Shown: one piece after another, positions 14,375-21,342 of the stretch | Layout of the letters: each line of letters opens with the position of its first letter | Position numbering within the stretch: the stretch's first letter is position 1 | Source of the DNA: Fimbriimonadales bacterium | GTDB taxonomy: Bacteria; Armatimonadota; Fimbriimonadia; Fimbriimonadales; JABRVX01 | Direction of reading: 5' to 3' | DNA length: 21,342 bases | Assembly (NCBI GenBank): GCA_045862955.1 | Contig: BTVI01000047.1 | Coordinates: 1 to 21,342, forward strand | The notes under the pieces: generated by a model | Databases searched by the model: none | Seen by the model: only the letters and a program-made list of their open reading frames with translations | What the model was told of the DNA's origin: nothing | Program-made: the position numbers and the translations under genes

Positions 14375-17089
14375 CTACCCGCCGACGGTAGCGGGAGCGG
14401 GGCCGAACGGCTCGAACTCGGGCGGCAGGTGGACAGCGTTGCGCCCCATATCGAAGGCCGCGAGATTCGTGCCGGCACCCTTTCTCAGGCGTTCGGAGAT
14501 GACCTCACGCCACACATCCGGCGCGAATGGCAGCAGTTGCGAGAGGGCGCCGAGCATGTAGGAGTTGACCACCCGCGGATCGCCCAACGTAAGACTCACC
14601 GCCCATGCGTCTAGCGCAATCACGCTGATACCCATGTCCACCAGTCGGTCCAGCACGTCGTCTGGATAGGCGGTCTTTCCCCTGGCCATCATGGCCGAGG
14701 GCACCTTATGCGTGCACGCGAGCACCACGCCATCCGGCCGCAGCATATGCGCATAGCGCGCGGCTTCCATCGGCTCCAATCCCAGGATGATGTCCACCTC
14801 TCCAGCGGGGATCACCGGTGAGAGGATGGGCGTTCTCCCGATGCGAACGTGGCTGTTCACCTCGCCGCCGAGCTGCGACATGCCATGCACGTCTGCCTTT
14901 GCTGCATATCCCAGGTGCTTGAGCCCGAGTTCGCTGATGATAGCGCTCGCCGTCAGCACTCCCTGACCACCTACCCCGGCAATCAAAATGTTCGTTACGG
15001 GACGGTGCTCGTGGGTGAGCGGGGCGACCAGCTTCGCCATAGGCGCTAAGCTATCCGAAACATGCGACGTGTAGTCCTTGCCGTGGTGAATGGCACTGAA
15101 CTTCTCGGGGCATATCTGCGCACACACCGAGCACCCTGTGCACAGGTCGGGTCGGATGGCGGGCTTCCCGTCAGCCATGGCTATCGCAGGGCAGTTCAGA
15201 TCGAGACAAATGCCACAGGCCATACACCGTTCGCGATCGATCGTATAGGTCTCGCCTGGGCGGAATAGGTCCCTCTCACGGTTGCACACACGGTTCGTGA
15301 TCAAGACCGATAGCTCGGGCTTGGCCATCTCCTTCTTGAACGTTTCGAGTGTGCCCTTCAGATCGAAGGGGTCCACCACCTTCACGTTGGTCTTCTTGAC
15401 GCCGAGTCCCACTACGTACTTGGCAATGTTCAAGGCGGAAACGTTCTCGCCCCGCATGGTCTTCGTGGTTCCTGGATGGTCTTGTCCGCCGGTCATGGCG
15501 GTGTAACTATTGTTGAACACCAGGATGTTCCCGCGTCCGCCGTTGTGGGTGATGTTGAGAATGCCAGGCGAGCCGGAGTGGAACAGGGTGGAGTCACCGA
15601 TGAGTGCCCAGTTGGCACCTATCTCGTCGTTTGCCTTCGCATACAACTCGCGGGCCGGTTTTCTGGCCCAAGGTGGTAGCGACTTGAGCAGTTCGCGCCA
15701 ATCACTCTTATACTTGGGCCTAGTCACTACGCCCTTCAGTCGCAGTTCGCCGCCCTCCCACCGAACGAGATCCTGCTCTGCCAGGGGGCCTGTGATGTGC
15801 GCACTAACATCCGCCATTGGGACCGAGTACCACTTCTGTTCCAGACCACACACCATACCGTGCATGTGCGTGATGCTGGCACCCATACATGTTAGCGTAC
15901 CCATCTCGCCCAGTGAGTAACAGCCGATGTCTCCTGCCCGGTTCACCTTCGGCAGTCGCTTTCGCTTACGCTCTTTATCGAGCAGCGCTAACACCTCGTA
16001 GGTGGCATTGTGGGGGCATCCGGGGCACATCACGGGGGGCCGACGCGGGATGTCGAGTGGCTCCCTCGGATGAAGATCCAGGCCGGTGAAGTAACGGCGC
16101 ACCGCAGCAGGTTCGAGTTCTTCCCCGCACCACGGGTCCTGTTTTCCGCGACAGTTCACGCCGAGCAGTCGCACTTCCCTTTCCAGGAACCGTGCCCCTT
16201 CCTCTAGCACGATGACTTCTTCCACCTCGCTTGCGAACCGGCGGATGGTCTCCTTCGGCACGGGGTACAAGAAGCCGACTTGCAGGTGCGATGCGTCGGG
16301 GAACACCTCCTGCGCGTAGCGGGTTGCCACTCCGGTCGAGATGACACCCAAGCGGCGGCTCCGCATGCTCGGCCGGTTGAACGGCGAAGCATCGGACATC
16401 TGCGCTAGACGCGGCAAGAACTCGGTGACCACTCGCCGGTTCGAAGGCATTGCGTTCGCGGGGACGGACTTGTAGTGGGGCTGGGGCACGAACTGCATGA
16501 TGAGATGCTCATCCCGCACTGCCTCATCAGCCGGCACCTCTACCAATGTCATGGAGTGTGCGATGCGGGTGGTGATCCACACCGTAAAGGGATAACATAG
16601 CTCGCGGCTCATCTCGAGGGCGGCGCGAGTCATCTCCCAGCAATCCTGGCTATCGGCAGGAGAAAGAATCGGCATATCTGCCATGTATGCGAAGAGGAAC
16701 CGTGTGTCCTGTGCGTTCTGCGAACTGTGCATCCCCGGATCGTCAGCCACCACGACCACGAGCGCCCCGCCTTCCAGCAGGCGTGTGCGCGCGAAGTTAT
16801 TGATGTAGTCCGCAGCTACGTTCGCACCTACGTGCTTGAACGCGATCATCGCGGCGCCGCCGACGTAGGCCGCCCCCTGGGCCACGCCTGCCGACACCGC
16901 TTCGTTGGTGCTCCACTCTCCGTAGAGACCTGGCAGCGTGCCGATGGTCTCGCCGATCTCCGTGCTAGGGGTGCCCGCGTAGGCAGCAAAGACATTGAGT
17001 CCGCGCGTCCACGCGGCCTTCGCGATGGCCTCATCACCCAGCATTAGGTGCTTGCCTGGAGCGATCGGTTGTCGTGCGGAGTGCGCCAT
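14375..17089 (-). CDS. iorAB: Indolepyruvate:ferredoxin oxidoreductase, fused alpha (IorA) and beta (IorB) subunits
   Basis: LGDEAIA, YAGTPSTEI, NEAVS, FKHVGANVAAD, DDPGMHSSQNAQD, RPPVMCPGCPH, GDIGCY, TPP motif GDST...NN..TAMTGGQ, and two 4Fe-4S motifs (CMACGIC..CP, CTGCSVC..CP). IorB-like AGVGGQG / HGMSQLGG follow in the same frame from ~15000. Confidence 0.92.
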   Translation of the reverse strand: MAHSARQPIAPGKHLMLGDEAIAKAAWTRGLNVFAAYAGTPSTEIGETIGTLPGLYGEWSTNEAVSAGVAQGAAYVGGAAMIAFKHVGANVAADYINNFARTRLLEGGALVVVVADDPGMHSSQNAQDTRFLFAYMADMPILSPADSQDCWEMTRAALEMSRELCYPFTVWITTRIAHSMTLVEVPADEAVRDEHLIMQFVPQPHYKSVPANAMPSNRRVVTEFLPRLAQMSDASPFNRPSMRSRRLGVISTGVATRYAQEVFPDASHLQVGFLYPVPKETIRRFASEVEEVIVLEEGARFLEREVRLLGVNCRGKQDPWCGEELEPAAVRRYFTGLDLHPREPLDIPRRPPVMCPGCPHNATYEVLALLDKERKRKRLPKVNRAGDIGCYSLGEMGTLTCMGASITHMHGMVCGLEQKWYSVPMADVSAHITGPLAEQDLVRWEGGELRLKGVVTRPKYKSDWRELLKSLPPWARKPARELYAKANDEIGANWALIGDSTLFHSGSPGILNITHNGGRGNILVFNNSYTAMTGGQDHPGTTKTMRGENVSALNIAKYVVGLGVKKTNVKVVDPFDLKGTLETFKKEMAKPELSVLITNRVCNRERDLFRPGETYTIDRERCMACGICLDLNCPAIAMADGKPAIRPDLCTGCSVCAQICPEKFSAIHHGKDYTSHVSDSLAPMAKLVAPLTHEHRPVTNILIAGVGGQGVLTASAIISELGLKHLGYAAKADVHGMSQLGGEVNSHVRIGRTPILSPVIPAGEVDIILGLEPMEAARYAHMLRPDGVVLACTHKVPSAMMARGKTAYPDDVLDRLVDMGISVIALDAWAVSLTLGDPRVVNSYMLGALSQLLPFAPDVWREVISERLRKGAGTNLAAFDMGRNAVHLPPEFEPFGPAPATVGG

Positions 17090-17102
17090 TACTACCCCCT
17101 TC

Positions 17103-19481
17103 TCACTTTCTGAACGCGAGGCGCTGCTTCACCCATTCGGCAAGCGCATATACAGCCCGCTCCGCCCCACGGAAGACGGGTATGCCATGTTCCCCTAGGT
17201 ACCTGTCCAATCCATCGTAAAGCGATCCCCCGTTGATGGACACCACGATCGGCTTGCTGGTTCGCTTCCACAGATCGACCAGCAGGGGACCAATCTTCCC
17301 TTCCCCCTCGTAGGGAGGCAGCGTCCCTCGCATCGCGTTTCCGTGGGGTGTAATCGCTACCAGTGCCATGTCATAGATAGGGTCTGCGAGCGCGGCCTCT
17401 ACTGCCTCGACGTATCCCTTGTCCGGTGTCATCGGACCGACGTCCGCCGGGTTGTTGTGCGGGTCGATGGTGCCCTTCAGGTACACGGAGAGCTTCTCGA
17501 CAATCGTCTCGGGGTGTGCCATCTTGGTAGGCGGTGGCAGCTCGAGGCCACACTCGGCTGCGGCATCTGCCACCAGCACCCCTTCGTATCCCGCACTGTT
17601 CACCACAAACAGTCTGTTACCCATCGGCGTTCGGTCCGCCAATAACGATGCCATCTCGGACAGGTCTATGAAGCGATCATCGCTATCCGCAACGATTGCT
17701 CCTACCTGCTGCATGGCCGCGCAGAAGACTTTGTAGGAGCCACCCATGGAGGCAGTGTGCGAACGTGCCGCTCGCGCCCCTTTCTCCGTCTTCCCTACCT
17801 TTTGCACGATCACGGTCTTGCCACGATGCACGCAGCGCTCGACTGCCGTGAAGAACCTGCGTCCTGCTCCCGGCCCGAAGCCCTCGACGTAGGCGCTAAC
17901 AACCTTCACGTTCGGGTCAGCGGCAGCTAGTTCGAGCCCATCGGCGGCATCCACTTGATACGAGTTACCTAACAGCAGTGCCCAACGGAAACCCAAGTGT
18001 GGTGTCTTGTCCAAGAACGAAACGAACCGGGCGCCACTCTGAGCCACCAGGGCCAGGTTGTTCTTCGAAGGATCGGCGAAGGATGGGATAGTCATCCTAT
18101 CGGGTGGTAGGAAGTCCACCTTCACATCCCCGTCCGAGCCCGTGTTGGAGTAGAGCGCCATAGTGTTCGGACCGATGACGGGGATGCTGCCGTAGCGCGC
18201 GATCACTCTGCGCAGTTCTGCGGCCCCTTCCACCCCTGCTTCCGTCTCATCGAACCCGCCGGTGACGATCAGTGCACAACCGATGTCTTGGCCGTACGCC
18301 TCGTATGCCTCCTCCAGCGAGGCGCTGGTGAAGCGGGCCGGCACCGCGAATACCGCGAGGTCGGCCGGGCCGGTCTTCTCGTAGGCTTCCGCGAACGTCT
18401 TGTACACGGGCCTGCCCGCCACTTCCCCGCCTTTCGGGTTCACGGCCACCGCTTCGCCCTTGAACTCACGCGTCAGCCGCTCGAACAGTGTGCGCCCCAG
18501 ATTGGAGGTGTCCGAGGTGGACACGCCTGCCACCACGATGCGCTTGGAGCTATGCATGGTTCGGCTGAGGCGCAGGAGGTCGGGGCGCTGCTTGGTCGGC
18601 TCTCGGTACTCCCCAACGTCGAGCAACAAGTCGAGCGCGTAGGGGCCGGTGGGCGAGGGCACCAGCGGATTGATCTCCAGGTCGCGGATGACCCGACCCT
18701 TGCCGCTCATGTTGAACAGCCACACCATGATCCCGAAGTTGAACATGCGGGTGCTGGCGGGGCCGGGAGAGACGAGCGGCGGGTTTCCGCGGAACCCGCG
18801 GAACCAGTGATTGGCCAGCGGGAGGCTGAGCAGAAGCCGTTCGATGTCCCTCGCCTTGAAGTCCTGCGAAGGAATCCACGACACTGTGGTGCGGCGTAGC
18901 TCCGTCAGGGTGCCGCCCTCACCGAAAGTGACTACCGTGCCGAACTCGTCGTCCCAGGTCGCCGCAAGAAGCCCCTCGCCGGCATACGGCACCTTCACGC
19001 GTTCGCTGACCTCGACTGCCTCGACCGCAGTGCCCAGCTTCTTCGACACTTCGTCCACGAAGACGAGCAGCGCGATGCGGTCTGGAGAATCTAGGAATCG
19101 AACGCCGCCGAAGTCGGACTTGTGCGGGACCCTGGGCAGCGCGAGCTTGACCACCACCGGGCCGGGGGGCATAGCTGCTTGCGCTTGCTGGAACGCGGCC
19201 TCGCTCTCCAACTCCTTCACCGAGACCACGAGCGAACGGGGGAACTGAATGCCGATCTCTTTCAGCGCGAGCTGGGCATGGAACTCGTCTGGACAAGCGT
19301 CGAGAATGGCAGCCGCGCGAGAGGCCCTAAAGAAGGGTTCCGCGGAGTCCTGGTCCGACACATCTTCGGGCGAGAGAACATGGGGACTGTCCGGAGGAGC
19401 ACCGTGCTCCTCCCGATAGGAGATCACGGCCTCGTGCATCTCCATCAGTGCTGAGGGATTCAGCTCGTCAGGGCAACTCAT
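17103..19481 (-). CDS. ADP-forming acyl-CoA synthetase (acetate--CoA ligase family), ATP-grasp domain first
   Basis: N-terminal ATP-grasp (PVVVK, PHKSDFGGV, D.EFG.VV.FG.GG, DLEINPL). Then CoA-binding domain (VAGVS, VNPKG, GPN), AQSG, phospho-His motif ARSHTASM, and NNPADV. Confidence 0.9.
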   Translation of the reverse strand: MSCPDELNPSALMEMHEAVISYREEHGAPPDSPHVLSPEDVSDQDSAEPFFRASRAAAILDACPDEFHAQLALKEIGIQFPRSLVVSVKELESEAAFQQAQAAMPPGPVVVKLALPRVPHKSDFGGVRFLDSPDRIALLVFVDEVSKKLGTAVEAVEVSERVKVPYAGEGLLAATWDDEFGTVVTFGEGGTLTELRRTTVSWIPSQDFKARDIERLLLSLPLANHWFRGFRGNPPLVSPGPASTRMFNFGIMVWLFNMSGKGRVIRDLEINPLVPSPTGPYALDLLLDVGEYREPTKQRPDLLRLSRTMHSSKRIVVAGVSTSDTSNLGRTLFERLTREFKGEAVAVNPKGGEVAGRPVYKTFAEAYEKTGPADLAVFAVPARFTSASLEEAYEAYGQDIGCALIVTGGFDETEAGVEGAAELRRVIARYGSIPVIGPNTMALYSNTGSDGDVKVDFLPPDRMTIPSFADPSKNNLALVAQSGARFVSFLDKTPHLGFRWALLLGNSYQVDAADGLELAAADPNVKVVSAYVEGFGPGAGRRFFTAVERCVHRGKTVIVQKVGKTEKGARAARSHTASMGGSYKVFCAAMQQVGAIVADSDDRFIDLSEMASLLADRTPMGNRLFVVNSAGYEGVLVADAAAECGLELPPPTKMAHPETIVEKLSVYLKGTIDPHNNPADVGPMTPDKGYVEAVEAALADPIYDMALVAITPHGNAMRGTLPPYEGEGKIGPLLVDLWKRTSKPIVVSINGGSLYDGLDRYLGEHGIPVFRGAERAVYALAEWVKQRLAFRK

Positions 19482-19522
19482 CTGGAAGCCTCGCCGTTGA
19501 GACTTAGGTAACCCACGACGTC

Positions 19523-19528
19523 ATTATA
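19523..19528 (-). promoter_or_regulatory. Probable -10 box upstream of the acyl-CoA synthetase-iorAB unit
   Basis: Minus-strand TATAAT (in TGGTATATAAT) about 41 nt upstream of ATG 19481; -35 not evident. Confidence 0.45.
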
Positions 19529-19565
19529 TACCAATCGGTCTCGGCACCTGGCGAGAGGTCCTGGC

Positions 19566-21059
19566 CTACTTCGGCGGATAGACGGGTGGATCCGGGGTAC
19601 GCGAGAGCAGGACGGCATCCAAGCCCAGGAAGTAGCCGGAGGACCGGTCGTCCTTTCCGGTAGCCGTGAACGTCAGCCTGTGCGCTCCCTTCCGAAGCTG
19701 GACTCGGGGCAGTCGGTGCTCCTTTCCCGAGACGGTATCGGGGGAGTAGAGCGGCAGGTCCGTGCCCTCCTTCTCCTCGTCCAGGGTCACCCGATAGTTG
19801 CCGTAGTCGTACGAGTGCACCATGGCGAGGGTCACTTCGTATGTGCCGTCCTCGGCCACCTCGAACGGGACCACCACCTTCGCGCCTTCCTCCTTGCCGC
19901 GGAAGAATAGGATCTTGCGCGTCCAGCCTAGCGTCTGGACTACCGCCTCGCCGCCGCTCAGCTCTACCTTCCCGGCATCCAGAGCGAGCTCGGGCTGGAT
20001 AATCGCTGCATTGCCGTAGGGGAGCCGGGCGGCACCGACCGGGATGTCGCAGGCGGGCACGGGGGGAACCTGGTACCAGAAGGCGACCAGCGCGAAGTAG
20101 TCGTCGCGCTCCTCGAAGCTGCCCACCACCGACCAGTCGTCGCGGTGCACCCATCCCCGATGCTCCAGCTCGAAGCGAAGAGACCTCTGGAACGGGACCG
20201 GGTCTGCGATGTGCCATCGGTACGCGGTGATGCGCGAGCCCATGCCGTGCCCCTCGTAGACAGGCACGCCGGCGTAGAGGGCGTTGTCCTCGCGAAAGCC
20301 CCATGCATCCGAGAAGTAGTCCTCGGTGCCGGTACCTTCCAGGCTGGGCTTCTCCTCGCCGTCTACGTACCAGTAGTCGTCGCCCTCACCGAACCATCCC
20401 AGGTGATTGGTGACGACGGACATCACGGTACCGACGTAGTGTCCTCTGCCGGTAGTCTCCAGAACGGTGAGATTCTTCCCCTTCGGCCCGGGCTGGTACT
20501 GCGTGTAACGCGCGTGGAAGTAGCCGACGTCCTCCGGCAGTGCCTTCTCGCTTCGCCAGTCCACCTGGAAGTAGAAGAGGCCGATCCGCTCGCTACCCTC
20601 GTTCGTGACGATCACCTTGGCGTGCCGTCTGAAAGGCATCGGCCAATAGCAGTTCTTCGCGCGACCCTCCGAAGCGTTGGTGACCATGGCGGACTTCACG
20701 TTGCGCTCGAAGCCGTGACCGACTGCGAAGAAATCGCCGAGCGGCACGTCTACGGAAGGCTTGTCCGCTCCGTCCCAATAGATGCGCAGGCGGAGCAGGC
20801 GCGGCCAGGCGTACTCGCTGCCATCCAACGTCATCCAGAAGTGTGTGATCACGCCGGGGCCGTCCACGTCCAGAAGCACGCGAGTCTCTCCAGGCTGAAG
20901 CGGCCGATTATCGTAGTTGCTGGCGAAGTCTGGGTCGTTGGACGAGGATCGCTGTGCCTTGTAATCCTTTAGCCTGGCTAGGTCGAGATCGGCTCCCGTT
21001 GGCTGGGCATACGACTGCAGGCCTAACGCGAGCACCCCGAGCAACGAGACATATCTCAT
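19566..21059 (-). CDS. Secreted DUF2961 / glycoside hydrolase family 172 protein with a C-terminal beta-sandwich (CBM-like) domain
   Basis: Signal peptide; GPGVITHFW, LRIYWDG...PSVDVPLGDFF, NCYWPMPF, GHYVG, GWFGEGD, GTGTEDYF, YRWHIADPVPF and VAFWYQ; C-terminal L.KG.H.L.F....K...S.GY.LGLD module; GGAGGTGG RBS. Confidence 0.9.
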   Translation of the reverse strand: MRYVSLLGVLALGLQSYAQPTGADLDLARLKDYKAQRSSSNDPDFASNYDNRPLQPGETRVLLDVDGPGVITHFWMTLDGSEYAWPRLLRLRIYWDGADKPSVDVPLGDFFAVGHGFERNVKSAMVTNASEGRAKNCYWPMPFRRHAKVIVTNEGSERIGLFYFQVDWRSEKALPEDVGYFHARYTQYQPGPKGKNLTVLETTGRGHYVGTVMSVVTNHLGWFGEGDDYWYVDGEEKPSLEGTGTEDYFSDAWGFREDNALYAGVPVYEGHGMGSRITAYRWHIADPVPFQRSLRFELEHRGWVHRDDWSVVGSFEERDDYFALVAFWYQVPPVPACDIPVGAARLPYGNAAIIQPELALDAGKVELSGGEAVVQTLGWTRKILFFRGKEEGAKVVVPFEVAEDGTYEVTLAMVHSYDYGNYRVTLDEEKEGTDLPLYSPDTVSGKEHRLPRVQLRKGAHRLTFTATGKDDRSSGYFLGLDAVLLSRTPDPPVYPPK

Positions 21060-21116
21060 CTAACTACCACCTCCGAATGGGCCGGGTCTCCGCCCGTTTC
21101 GCCGGAAGAACCTCCC

Positions 21117-21342
21117 CTCCCTCTCCCCCGCTTCGGGGGAGAGGGAGAACGGACACGACGCGCATTCGGAAGGGTCGCTCCCTCTCCCCCGCTCCGGGGG
21201 AGAGGGCCAGCGGATCACGTCGTACCCCTCGGGTGGCTCCCCCTTCCCCGTCCTCGGGGGAGAGGGAGAGCGGACACGACGCGCATTCGGAAGGGTCGCT
21301 CCCTCTCCCCCGCTCCGGGGGAGAGGGCTGGGGTGAGGGGGT
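21117..21342. repeat. Tandem REP-like hairpins CCCTCTCCCCCG-n-CGGGGGAGAGGG with ~61-nt period
   Basis: Hairpins at ~21119-21145, 21180-21206, 21239-21266 and 21301-21327. Linkers 1 and 3 are near-identical. The last copy carries the GCTGGGGTGAGGGG tail. The array runs to the window end. Confidence 0.93.

Noticed and set aside
21117..21342. CRISPR-like 61-nt periodicity at the right end
   Set aside because: Linkers 1 and 3 are near-identical, and the repeat is a G/C-tract REP hairpin with its typical tail.
1..21342. tRNA, rRNA, transposase or integrase genes
   Set aside because: No cloverleaf or T-loop signatures in the intergenic gaps, and no ORF with DDE, HUH or recombinase motifs was seen.

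Overview
A GC-rich bacterial fragment, probably Armatimonadota (inferred from the C-terminal dockerin-like tail on a secreted protein and the promoter style). Both ends lie in palindromic REP-like repeat arrays, so the window is probably a contig broken at repeats. Left to right it holds: a 1.8 kb hierarchical REP/17-mer array; a minus-strand block (hypA, hypB, rhamnulokinase, hom, metB-type lyase); a large secreted multidomain protein (cohesin-like, C-type lectin, beta-propeller, Ig-like, dockerin); a TIM-barrel sugar isomerase; a duplicated 83-nt structured element before an orphan HsdR_N-type nuclease; and a minus-strand block (GH172/DUF2961, ADP-forming acyl-CoA synthetase, fused IorAB, rtcB). 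The most notable unexplained signals are the hom leader (consensus promoter, Met/Thr-rich leader ORF, SAM-I-like core, mutually exclusive hairpins), the 17-nt growth rule of the REP array, and the cohesin-plus-dockerin architecture. All domain calls come from motif recognition by eye; no searches were run.
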